From: Bythopirellula sp.
GTDB lineage: Bacteria > Planctomycetota > Planctomycetia > Pirellulales > Lacipirellulaceae
Assembly: GCA_965216565.1 (NCBI GenBank)
Contig: OZ244170.1
Location: 1,664,001-1,728,000, forward strand
Length of the DNA: 64,000 nucleotides
Direction: 5' to 3'
A program made the position numbers and the translations under genes. The notes under the pieces are model-generated. The model did no database searches, was not told the DNA's origin, and was given only the letters and a program-made list of their open reading frames with translations. Of this stretch, positions 1-8,863 are shown piece after piece; within the stretch, counting starts at the first letter, position 1, and the number at the start of each line of letters is the position of its first letter.

Positions 1-2
1 GC

Positions 3-472
3 CCCAGCGCATTGGTTGCCGAGTTCACTGGTCGTCGACCGATGCTGAGGATTCCAGCAGAAAGCTAGAAGGGCAATAAGCACCGATTATTGCCGGTGGC
101 CCCGAATTTGCTGAATTGCTGCTGAGTGTTCCAGAGCGTCGTAGGTGTGGCCATGTGTTTCATATTCAAAACACCTGCACCAGAACAACACACAGTGTTT
201 GCCGTCGCATCGTGGCCTGTGGCGCGTCTGCCGGCGTTGTGGTCAAGCAGCGCGAGAAAAAAGGCAAGACAACTCGAGAGTTCGCCAGTGCCCATGACCT
301 GCGCCGTAGCTTCGGTTTCCGCTGGTCTCGGCTGGTAATGCCCACGATCCTGCGAGAGCTAATGCGTCACGAATCAATCGAAACGACGATGACTTTCTAC
401 GTCGGATTGAACGCCGAGGCGACCGCCGATGAGCTATGGAAAGCAACAGGTACCAATTTTAGGTACCAGTAA
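3..472 (+). pseudogene. Degenerate tyrosine recombinase/phage integrase, C-terminal part (runs off the left edge)
   Basis: ORF 116-472 has the HDLRRSF (H-x-x-R) and LMRH...TTMTFY catalytic motifs. Upstream, frame 3 reads ...GRRPMLRIPAES*KGNKHRLLPVAP with an in-frame TAG at 66-68, then switches to frame 2 (PEFAELLLSVPE) near 100. Confidence 0.8.
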
Positions 473-507
473 GAGCAGGGCGAGTGAGCAGACCCTAGAA
501 AAAACAG

Positions 508-580
508 TGGTCAGGGCCGGGATCGAACCGGCGACACATGGATTTTCAGTCCATTGCTCTACCAACTGAGCTACCTGACC
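508..580 (-). tRNA. tRNA-Phe (GAA)
   Basis: Reverse complement GGTCAGGTAGCTCAGTTGGTAGAGCAATGGACTGAAAATCCATGTGTCGCCGGTTCGATCCCGGCCCTGACCA forms a cloverleaf with anticodon GAA and a TTCGA T-loop. CCA is not encoded. Confidence 0.97.
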
Positions 581-613
581 AGTGGCCTCACAGAGGAGGC
601 CGACAATCTGGCC

Positions 614-642
614 ATCCTAGGCGTCGAAACTCCGACTGTCAA
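614..642 (-). promoter_or_regulatory. Sigma70-type promoter for tRNA-Phe
   Basis: Minus strand TTGACA (642-637), 17-bp spacer, TAGGAT (619-614), just upstream of the tRNA. Confidence 0.7.
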
Positions 643-781
643 TTGTGATCGCGGGGGTCCCGTGCGGCTCACTGTTGAGTACCCAGAAGCCGCTCGTGTC
701 CTGACGGTCTGATACCGTTTCGGCTCACCGGCAAGTGGGCTTATCCAGATCTCGGACGGGCCTAACCCGGGCGGCGAAAGG

Positions 782-811
782 TTGACATCTATTAAATCCC
801 CTGGCTAACAT
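782..811 (+). promoter_or_regulatory. Candidate sigma70 promoter for the envelope cluster
   Basis: TTGACA (782-787), 18-bp spacer, TAACAT (806-811), upstream of ORF 987. Confidence 0.4.
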
Positions 812-986
812 GCATAGCGTGGAAACGGCAAGTTCTAGCAGGTCGCGACGTCTCAAAGAGGCTGTGGAATTCGCGACTTTTTTCGTTTCCCGAACCTGCT
901 AGATTCGTTGCAGGCGCAGAACACTTGGCACGCCTCCCTCTGGGCTTGCCTCCCGATAGAACGCGAGCAGACGAAGCGAGACTTTT

Positions 987-2639
987 ATGGCCAGCCCTCT
1001 CCCATGCGCGCCGCACCCTAGTTGCCGTGCGTGGGCTGGTAGGCGTCGGAGTTGCTGGGCGACTAAAGGACTCGGACCCTTTCTAGCTGCTGGAGCCCTC
1101 GCCATGGCTCTCGTGGTTCCTTCTCAGGCAGTCACTCCCGAGAGCCCCGAGGTTCGCGAACTCATTGGAAAAGGCCTGGGGTATCTGGAAAATAATTCAG
1201 ATACTCGCCTCGGTGGCCAATGCCTCACAGCACTGGCCTTCTTCAAGGATGGTGCTTCGCTGGATCATCCAAGAATTGTCGAAGCCGTAAAAGCGTGCCA
1301 AAAATCTTCTTCCAAACCTAGGGATGAAAATGTCTATAGCAATGGCCTGGCGATTATTTTTCTCTGTGAGTTAAACGACCCCAAGCATAAGGAAATGATT
1401 AGGTCGTTTGCTGGCGCTTTGTCAGCGCGTCAGAAAAAACATGGCGGATGGGGTTACGACAATCTGCAGACGGGGGATACCTCGCAAACTCAGTACGCCG
1501 TGCTGAGCTATTGGGAACTCATGCGTGTAGGCATCACTCCCAGCGTCTCTTCGGTCGACGCGGTGGCCAACTGGCTCCTACGAACTCAAGATCCTAGTGG
1601 GGTGTGGGGATATCAAGGCAAAGACCCTGGAAACTTCGATCGAGTAGAGCAGAGTGAAACATCATCTAGCATGCTTGTTGCCGGATTGGGAAGTGTAATG
1701 ATGGCCGGCAATGTCCTTGGCTTGCTAAGCACCTCACAACAGGAAATCGTTGAACAAGAAAACTTGCCGGAGGCACTCAGAAAGAAGCAAACTGCTAGAG
1801 AAAAGAAGATGCGCACTCTCTCGGGCAGTAAAGTTGATAAAACAAAGTTGCTGCAGGCCATTGATAGAGGCACGACCTGGTTCAATAAGAACTTTGAATA
1901 TGCAGAAGGGGAATACCCTTGCTACGAATTATATTCGCTAGAAAGATACAAGAGCTTTGAAGAACTGCTTACCGGCGATGCTCCTGAAGAACCCGACTGG
2001 TATCAGAAGGGTTATAGGTACCTTAAGTCCAAGATTGATAAAGATGGCAGTTGGAATGGCGCCGCAGGTAGAGCGCCTGCCACAGGATTTGCTGTGCTCT
2101 TCCTGCTGCGATCAACTCAGAAGAGCATCCAGGCCAGCCTGGGGGAAGGTACCTTGGTTGGGGGCCGCGGGTTAAGTGCCGACTTAAATCAGATGAAGAT
2201 GCGCAACGGCCGCTTGGTGGCCGAAGCCAAACCAACGGATGTAGACAAACTGCTCAATATGCTCGAAGGCGACGGGAGCGGCAATTTGGACGCCCTGCTG
2301 AAGAGCCCCGCTTCGCTGAAAATGGATAATGTGGGCCCTGAAGATGCACGTCGCCTACAATTGCTTGTGAAGAGTGGCGGACCGGAATCACGAATCCTGG
2401 CTGTCCGAGCACTGGGCCGAATGCGCGATCTCGATTACGTGCCGATCATGCTGTATGCCATGACCGATCCCGACCAACGTGTCGTGCGGGAAGCCCGCGA
2501 CGGCTTGCGACTGGTCAGCCGACGTTTCCAAGGATTCGGCCTGAAAGATAATTTCTCAGACACCGAACGTTTTGAAGTTCTTGATCGTTGGAAAAGGTGG
2601 TATCGACGTATTCGCCCCGATGCCCCGCCCATTCCATAG
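987..2639 (+). CDS. Exported prenyltransferase/squalene-oxidase-repeat (QW motif) protein with C-terminal HEAT repeats
   Basis: Signal-like N-terminus ending PSQA. QW-like repeats RQKKHGGWGY, TQDPSGVWGY and DKDGSW, plus DTSQTQYAVL. C-terminal HEAT-like RILAVRALGR and DPDQRVVREARDGL. Confidence 0.75.
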   Translation: MASPLPCAPHPSCRAWAGRRRSCWATKGLGPFLAAGALAMALVVPSQAVTPESPEVRELIGKGLGYLENNSDTRLGGQCLTALAFFKDGASLDHPRIVEAVKACQKSSSKPRDENVYSNGLAIIFLCELNDPKHKEMIRSFAGALSARQKKHGGWGYDNLQTGDTSQTQYAVLSYWELMRVGITPSVSSVDAVANWLLRTQDPSGVWGYQGKDPGNFDRVEQSETSSSMLVAGLGSVMMAGNVLGLLSTSQQEIVEQENLPEALRKKQTAREKKMRTLSGSKVDKTKLLQAIDRGTTWFNKNFEYAEGEYPCYELYSLERYKSFEELLTGDAPEEPDWYQKGYRYLKSKIDKDGSWNGAAGRAPATGFAVLFLLRSTQKSIQASLGEGTLVGGRGLSADLNQMKMRNGRLVAEAKPTDVDKLLNMLEGDGSGNLDALLKSPASLKMDNVGPEDARRLQLLVKSGGPESRILAVRALGRMRDLDYVPIMLYAMTDPDQRVVREARDGLRLVSRRFQGFGLKDNFSDTERFEVLDRWKRWYRRIRPDAPPIP

Positions 2640-2679
2640 TATAAACAAGAGTCCTAAGACCCAAACGCTGCTAAGCCGT

Positions 2680-3546
2680 ATGGCCTCCCATTCTACCAAC
2701 CTGTCGACTTCTGGATCCAATGCGGATTCGTATCGTCTGACGGTCAATTCTTACGACCGTACAGCGTCGATGATCATCGCGCTGCTGGTGATCATCGGTT
2801 GCGCGGTACTCGGGATGGCAGTGGTATTTTTCACGGGCAAATTTGTGCGCACTGTGGAGCCGATTCCCGTTGTGCCCGTCGAGGCTAGCAGCCCCAATGC
2901 CAATCAAGGCATCGCTCAAGAACCCGATCCCCCCGGCGTGGAAGATGCCCCGGAACTGGCTGAGCCGCAATTGCAAGAAACGCTGGAGACCATCGCCAGT
3001 GCGATGACGGACGACATGTTGTTATCCGACGAAATAAAAGATGCCGGCAAAGGCAAAGGGCAGGGCGATTCCCGCATGGCAGGTCCCGGCGGGGATGGCG
3101 TTGTGGAACGGGTGCCACGTTGGGAACGCTGGAAAATTCGCTTTGAACCACAGTCTTCAGGTGAGTTTGCTGAGTGGCTTGATTTCAACAAAATTGAGAT
3201 TGGCGTATTGGGTCGCGACAACAAAGTTCATTATGCGGGAGAACTGAGCACAGGGTCTCCAAAGACTTACGAAGCTGATCCTAAGAAGGAAACGCGCGGC
3301 TACACGTCGGCGGCCGATGGCCCGATGCCCAAGTTGACTAATAATCTGGCGCGTAAGGCTAATATCGCCAAGCATGGCAATTTGGTTTTATTGTTTTATC
3401 CCTTTGATGTTGAGAGCATCATGTGGGACTTAGAACGCAAGTATTCCGGCGGACGCGATGCCAACGACTTTCGCGAAACGGTCTTTGCCGTGGTACGAGA
3501 AGGCGACAGTTTCAAATTTGAAGTCATCGATCAAAGATATTTTTAA
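2680..3546 (+). CDS. Single-pass membrane protein with Pro/Gly-rich linker (TonB/TolA-like topology)
   Basis: Likely ATG at 2680. One TM helix (MIIALLVIIGCAVLGMAVVFF), then Pro/Glu-rich PIPVVPVE...EPDPPGVEDAPE, Gly-rich GKGKGQGD...GPGGDG and a globular C-terminus. Confidence 0.65.
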   Translation: MASHSTNLSTSGSNADSYRLTVNSYDRTASMIIALLVIIGCAVLGMAVVFFTGKFVRTVEPIPVVPVEASSPNANQGIAQEPDPPGVEDAPELAEPQLQETLETIASAMTDDMLLSDEIKDAGKGKGQGDSRMAGPGGDGVVERVPRWERWKIRFEPQSSGEFAEWLDFNKIEIGVLGRDNKVHYAGELSTGSPKTYEADPKKETRGYTSAADGPMPKLTNNLARKANIAKHGNLVLLFYPFDVESIMWDLERKYSGGRDANDFRETVFAVVREGDSFKFEVIDQRYF

Positions 3547-3576
3547 TCCCCCCTCCTTAGAAATCAGAAGAACGCT

Positions 3577-4206
3577 ATGCAAGTTCTGTTTACGTATTTA
3601 GGCAACTTTGTTTACGTGGTCCTCGCCGCCCTGGCTTTGTGGGGCGCTTACTGTGTGGTGATGGTGTGGCGACGCGTTGGTTCCACACGGTTCGCTGACG
3701 AGATTGAACAAGATGAATTCATGGAAGAGCTCGAACAGTCGATCCAAGCGAATAATCTCCAGGCCGCCGCCGAACTGTGCGAAGACGATCGCCGCGCACT
3801 GCCACAGCTCGCACTGTTTGCCCTGAACCATCGCGATTTGGGCTACGAAAAGCTTCGCCACCGGTTGGCGGAGCGATTTCAGCAGGATGTGATGTCCGAC
3901 ATCGAACATCGGCTTAGCTGGGTGGGAACTGTGATCAAGAGTGCCCCGATGATCGGGCTCTTAGGCACGGTGATGGGCATGATGGGAGCGTTTGCGAACC
4001 TGAGTAGTGGTGAGAAGGTCGATACCATCCAGATGGCCGCAGACATTCAATTCGCCCTCATCACCACCGCCTGTGGATTGGCCATCGCAGTGCCGTTGGT
4101 TTTGGCGACGGCTAGCATCAATATTCGCGTCCGAAAAATGGAAGACCTCGTCGGCTGGGGACTCACGCGGCTGTTTGAAAGCATGAAACACGTCATCGGC
4201 AAATAA
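3577..4206 (+). CDS. MotA/TolQ/ExbB proton channel family protein
   Basis: APMIGLLGTVMGM and ALITTACGLAIAVP signature motifs; three TM segments. Confidence 0.93.
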   Translation: MQVLFTYLGNFVYVVLAALALWGAYCVVMVWRRVGSTRFADEIEQDEFMEELEQSIQANNLQAAAELCEDDRRALPQLALFALNHRDLGYEKLRHRLAERFQQDVMSDIEHRLSWVGTVIKSAPMIGLLGTVMGMMGAFANLSSGEKVDTIQMAADIQFALITTACGLAIAVPLVLATASINIRVRKMEDLVGWGLTRLFESMKHVIGK

Positions 4207-4223
4207 GACACTTGATTATTATA

Positions 4224-4420
4224 GCCACAGAGAACACAGAGAAGAATGAAAGCTGGGGCGAAGATCACCCAAAAGGAAGATCACCCAAAAGAATGATTAG
4301 TACGCTTTTAGAATTAGATGTAACGCAGTGAAATAGCGCCGCAGTCCTCACCTCGGTGCGGTTACGCGTTGCTTCATCGCACCCCACCAATCACTCAATT
4401 CTCTCTGTGAACTCTGTGGC
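4224..4420. repeat. Nested REP/MITE-like palindromic element
   Basis: Outer inverted repeat GCCACAGAGaaCACAGAGA (4224-4242) / TCTCTGTGaaCTCTGTGGC (4402-4420). Perfect 16-bp tandem GAAGATCACCCAAAAG at 4260-4291. Inner GTRG-type REP at 4354-4387 (minus strand). Confidence 0.75.
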
Positions 4421-4450
4421 CAAATAATTCAGCGATAACTTGAAGAACTG

Positions 4451-4942
4451 ATGTCAGCAGAACACGAACAAGACAAAGATGAAATGCTCGCAGCGCTCGC
4501 GGCTCCCATGCCGCGCAAGCAGCTCGAGGATGTGGAAATGGACATTACGCCCATGATCGACATCACATTTCTGCTGCTGATCTTCTTCTTAGTCTGTTCC
4601 ACCCCGGATCAAGATACGGCGATCGAAATGGCCAAGGCCCGCTATGGTCGAGGCGTTGGCGAGCGAAATTCCGTAATCATCACCATCAGCGACGAGGGCA
4701 TCGAGTCGGCGCCCATCTATCTGGCTGACGGTATGGTAGGCGAACCGCTGCCTAATGACCCCGAGATCCAGAATGAGAAGATCGTCGAAGCGGTGAAAAC
4801 CGGCCGACGCGATCTCGCCAAAGAAAATGTTTTGATCAAAGCAGACCGCAACGTGGCCCATCGCGAAGTCTCGAAAGTGATCAAGGCGGTGTCGCGGGTA
4901 GAAGGTGCCAAGATTTTTCTGGCCGTGCTGGAGAGCGATTGA
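4451..4942 (+). CDS. ExbD/TolR biopolymer transporter family protein
   Basis: MDITPMIDITFLLLIFFLV TM motif with the conserved Asp; VLIKADRNV in the periplasmic domain. Confidence 0.93.
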   Translation: MSAEHEQDKDEMLAALAAPMPRKQLEDVEMDITPMIDITFLLLIFFLVCSTPDQDTAIEMAKARYGRGVGERNSVIITISDEGIESAPIYLADGMVGEPLPNDPEIQNEKIVEAVKTGRRDLAKENVLIKADRNVAHREVSKVIKAVSRVEGAKIFLAVLESD

Positions 4943-4945
4943 CCC

Positions 4946-5434
4946 ATGAGCCACTTACAACAAAGTCTTGGCGATGATGAAGCACTCCAACTGCGGAGCG
5001 AGGCCAACGAAGACGAAATGGACTTGACCCCGATGGTCGATGTCACATTCTTGCTCTTGATATTTTTTATGATCACTGCGGCTTTTGCTGTGCAGAAAGC
5101 CTTGGAGGTGCCGCCGATCAATGACGAAGCCGCCAGCCAGCCGGTCGATTCCTTGGAAGACGATTCGATCGTGGTACGAATCGATGCCGACAACGTGTTC
5201 TGGATCGGTGCTCCCAAATGGAACGAAGAGCAACGCACTCCCAGTGTCCCAGAAATGCTGGCGAAGGTGCGCGAAGCTAGAGGCTCGGGCAGCGACGGTC
5301 CCACGAAAATGCTGGTGCAGGCCAATGGCGACTCGCGGCACGAATTTGTGGTCGCAGCGCTCGACGCCGGGTCTGGAGTTGGTTTGGAAGAAATAAAACT
5401 CATGAGCTACGAAGAGGGCGATTTAGATTTCTAG
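4946..5434 (+). CDS. ExbD/TolR biopolymer transporter family protein (second copy)
   Basis: MDLTPMVDVTFLLLIFFMIT motif. Confidence 0.93.
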   Translation: MSHLQQSLGDDEALQLRSEANEDEMDLTPMVDVTFLLLIFFMITAAFAVQKALEVPPINDEAASQPVDSLEDDSIVVRIDADNVFWIGAPKWNEEQRTPSVPEMLAKVREARGSGSDGPTKMLVQANGDSRHEFVVAALDAGSGVGLEEIKLMSYEEGDLDF

Positions 5435-5475
5435 GCTGATCGCAGCCGAGATTTCGATCGGATATATTACCGTCT

Positions 5476-8400
5476 ATGAAGATTCAAGAATTCATTGATC
5501 TACTTGAGAAACGACAGCTTGTCTCGTCGCGGATCATCAAGCAAGTGCGCGAAAAAGTGGCTAAGGGGGATCGAAAGATCACTTCCAAGTCGCTTCTTAA
5601 ATACTTGGTCAAGAAAGAATTAATTACTCGCACTCAGGCCAAGTCCCTGCTGGAGACGTCTCTCACAGTCACCGCTGCTGCCGAGTCCAGTATCTTAGGA
5701 ATGCAGGTACTAACTCCTGAAAAGCAGCTCAAGAAGCCGAAGCCTAAAGAGGAGCCCAAAGAAGACTCCGAGGAAATCCCCACTCTTCAGCCGGTGGATG
5801 CCGTGCCTCCCACCACCGAGCCTCCCACGATTGAGGAGAGCGTCGAAGAAATGGCCTCGCTGAGCGGCATGACGCAGACCACGCTTGTCGAAGAGACCCT
5901 CGACGAGGAAGACGAACCTGACGGACCAGGAAGAAAAAAGAAAAAGAAGTCGCGCAAGAAGAAAGGTAATGAATTCGATACACCACTGCTGCTGTTTGGC
6001 GGTGGTGGATTGATTGTGCTGATTCTTGCCGGGGTCATCATCGGCTATTTGCTTAGCCGCGAGGATGCCGATGCGATTCTCGCCGAAGCCAGCGAATATT
6101 ACGACGGCGGTTCGTGGACGCAGGCGATTAGCCAATACGAACGTTTCCTAGAAGGCAACAAAACCCACCCCGACTACAGTAGGGCCAAAGTAAAACTGGG
6201 TTTGGCGAAAATCTGGAAGGCTACCGCTCAAGGCGGCAATTTCTCGTCAGCGCTTGACACCACCCAGGAAGTCCTGGACTCGATCGAAGACGAAAAAGAA
6301 TTTGAAATCGCCAAGCGCGATCTCTCGTCGCTGCTTCCTTCTATTGCTAAAGGTCTCGCCGAAGATGCAGAAGGGGCTGAGGCAGGCGAACAGGTCGAGC
6401 AGTATGTGGCCGAGTCGAAGGAGGCCTTGTCCCTTTGCAACAACACTAAGTTCATTCCTTCTACCTATCGCGACGACATCGTTATTAACGGAATTTTAGA
6501 GACGCTCGATCGTGTGGAACGCGAGCAGGAACAGCGGAGCCAATTGAAAGGGGCCCTAGAGAAAATTCAGGCCGCCATCGATTCTGGCGACACCCCCGAA
6601 GCCTACGCAGTTCACAAACAGTTGCTCAAAGATTATCCCGGTCTGCTGAACAACGAAACGCTAGCCGCCAAAGTTGAGGAGATATCTGCCGCGGAACAAG
6701 CGGGGGTCAAGTTTAGCGAGGATTCGAAGGAAGCCGAGACAAGCGAGCTCCCCAGTCCGTTTGTTGCCGAGTTGGCTCTGGCCGTCCGAAGTGGCAAGGA
6801 ATCGGGAACGGAAGGCGTGGTGGGAGTTCGTGTTGATGGGTCGATGTACGCCTTGAACGCAAACAATGGCCAACTTTTATGGCGGAAGTACCTGGGGCAG
6901 TCGGCTGGCTCGCAGATTGTCACCCTCCCTGAAGGTGATTTCTTAGCCATTGATTTTACCCGCAATGAGTTAGTGCGATTCGATGCTAGTACGGGGAAGC
7001 TCATCTGGCGTCAGCAGTTCGAAGGACCAATTGCCTCACCGGTCGTGGTGGAGAGTCAATTGCTTGTGACCGAGAAGTCGGGCAAGTTGCACCTAGTGGA
7101 TGCCGCCACTGGCCGACGGACCGGCTTTTTCTCTTTTGGTCAAACTCTGCCCGTACCACCAGCTGTGAACGAGCGCAAAGGCAAAGTCTACTTGCTTGGC
7201 GAGCATTCCAGCTTGTACACACTCAGCTTGGAAGATATGAAATGTCTCGGCGTGTTCTTCGTCGGTCACGAACGCGGTAGTATCGCCACCTCTCCAGTTG
7301 TCGTGCTCGACAAAGTGGCAGTCGCTGAAAATTCTGGGCGCGCGACAAGCAAACTACATTTACTGGCCCCAGGAGACGGTGGGGCAATAGCAGCCAACGA
7401 TACGACCCGCCGTCTTGAAGGCCTGGTTACAACGCCGCTGCTCGTGGATGGCCGCAGATTAGTTGCGCTCACCTCACGCGGAGAAGTCACGGTTTACGAA
7501 GTGAGTGCCTCGCAAGGCAAAGAAGCGCTCACGAAGATTGCTACCCGCGAAGCAGAGTCTGGAAAACAGGTTGCCCGTTTTGGCTTGCTTGCCGCGGGTC
7601 ATGTTTGGTCGGCAGGTACTCAGCTCAATAAGCTCGCCGTACTACCAACGGGAAATCGCTTGCCTGTGGAAGATATCGATTTCGACTATGTGGGCGATAC
7701 GTTCGATTACCAACTGCAAGCGGTTGGCGACATTGTCGTTCACTTGCGTCATCCCCAAAAACATGCTGGTTCGATCGTAGCAGCCATGAATGCCGAGTCA
7801 GGCAAGGCCCTCTGGCAAACCGAGTTGGGAGTGCCGCTCGCAGGTCCGCCGGCAGTTGACTCGAAAGGACCTCGCATCGGAGCCATCACCTCATCAGGTG
7901 CAGCCTACCTGCTCGATCGGCAAGCTATGGTCGATCGAGTTCAGGACACCGCACAAAAACTGAGGGGCCGGTCTAAGCTGCCCACGCTCACGAGTGCTGC
8001 TGACCTGGGAGGAGGCCGCATGGCGTTGGGTTCCCCGGGCACGAAGACTCTAGTTCACTTCCGACCCGAAGCGCCGCGTGGGCCCTTGACCAAGATCGAG
8101 CTTCCCGAACCGTTGGCATGTCCTGTGGTTGCCTGGGACGACACTTTCGTTGCCCCGACGACAGTTGGCCAGGTGTACTTGTACGAGGCGGATACTGGCA
8201 ATCAATGGGGAAGTCCCTTCCAGCCAAAATTGTCCGTCGAAAGCAAGTACGAATGGCTTCAACCCGCCGTATACGGGTCGGGCGCAGAATCGAGCCTGGT
8301 GATTTCAGACGGCAAAGAGAATATCTTCCTACTCCGGAGGGCAACGTCCCCGCAGGCGAATTTAGAGAAGCAAACGGAGGGCCCCGTAAGCGGTTCTCCT

Positions 8401-8844
8401 CTGGTAACACCTCTGGCTGTCGTAGGAGATATGGTGTACGCCGGCAATCAAGGGAATAGGCTTTCCCGCTACTCGCTTCCCGACTTGCAGCCCCAAGAGG
8501 ACATTCCTCTCGGTGGCAGTGTGGTGTGGGGACCCCATAGCGTGGGCGAAAACATGCTGCTCACCACCAGCGACAACCAAATGATCTGCGTTGGCTCAGA
8601 AGGCTCTGTTGTATGGCAACAAGCGTTATCGCATGGCCATCCAACCGGCGTTCCACTGCTGGATAGCGGCACCGTAACGCTCGTCTGGCAGCAATCGGGA
8701 TTAAGCCAGCTGGACCTCAGCAATGGAACTGAAAACGGATACCTGGATTTGCCCCAGCCTGTCGTCACAGGCCCTATCGCGTTTGGCAAGCGTTTGTTAA
8801 TGGCATCTGCAGATGGCGCCCTGCTAATACTAGATCGACCTTGA
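5476..8844 (+). CDS. Membrane-anchored TPR plus PQQ-like (BamB-type) beta-propeller repeat protein
   Basis: Helical N-terminal domain, acidic/Lys-rich linker, one TM (LLLFGGGGLIVLILAGVIIGY), TPR-like WTQAISQYERFL, and repeated propeller motifs (ALNANNGQLLW, FDASTGKLIW, MNAESGKALW). Confidence 0.85.
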   Translation: MKIQEFIDLLEKRQLVSSRIIKQVREKVAKGDRKITSKSLLKYLVKKELITRTQAKSLLETSLTVTAAAESSILGMQVLTPEKQLKKPKPKEEPKEDSEEIPTLQPVDAVPPTTEPPTIEESVEEMASLSGMTQTTLVEETLDEEDEPDGPGRKKKKKSRKKKGNEFDTPLLLFGGGGLIVLILAGVIIGYLLSREDADAILAEASEYYDGGSWTQAISQYERFLEGNKTHPDYSRAKVKLGLAKIWKATAQGGNFSSALDTTQEVLDSIEDEKEFEIAKRDLSSLLPSIAKGLAEDAEGAEAGEQVEQYVAESKEALSLCNNTKFIPSTYRDDIVINGILETLDRVEREQEQRSQLKGALEKIQAAIDSGDTPEAYAVHKQLLKDYPGLLNNETLAAKVEEISAAEQAGVKFSEDSKEAETSELPSPFVAELALAVRSGKESGTEGVVGVRVDGSMYALNANNGQLLWRKYLGQSAGSQIVTLPEGDFLAIDFTRNELVRFDASTGKLIWRQQFEGPIASPVVVESQLLVTEKSGKLHLVDAATGRRTGFFSFGQTLPVPPAVNERKGKVYLLGEHSSLYTLSLEDMKCLGVFFVGHERGSIATSPVVVLDKVAVAENSGRATSKLHLLAPGDGGAIAANDTTRRLEGLVTTPLLVDGRRLVALTSRGEVTVYEVSASQGKEALTKIATREAESGKQVARFGLLAAGHVWSAGTQLNKLAVLPTGNRLPVEDIDFDYVGDTFDYQLQAVGDIVVHLRHPQKHAGSIVAAMNAESGKALWQTELGVPLAGPPAVDSKGPRIGAITSSGAAYLLDRQAMVDRVQDTAQKLRGRSKLPTLTSAADLGGGRMALGSPGTKTLVHFRPEAPRGPLTKIELPEPLACPVVAWDDTFVAPTTVGQVYLYEADTGNQWGSPFQPKLSVESKYEWLQPAVYGSGAESSLVISDGKENIFLLRRATSPQANLEKQTEGPVSGSPLVTPLAVVGDMVYAGNQGNRLSRYSLPDLQPQEDIPLGGSVVWGPHSVGENMLLTTSDNQMICVGSEGSVVWQQALSHGHPTGVPLLDSGTVTLVWQQSGLSQLDLSNGTENGYLDLPQPVVTGPIAFGKRLLMASADGALLILDRP

Positions 8845-8863
8845 ACAATACACCGATTGCCGC

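Noticed and set aside
4717..5403. 228-aa minus-strand ORF
   Set aside because: Antisense shadow of the two exbD-like genes, with no motifs.
3577..5434. Canonical Tol-Pal (tolQRAB-pal) or flagellar MotAB
   Set aside because: No TolB/Pal is present and neither ExbD-like protein has an OmpA-like peptidoglycan-binding domain, so gene symbols are withheld.
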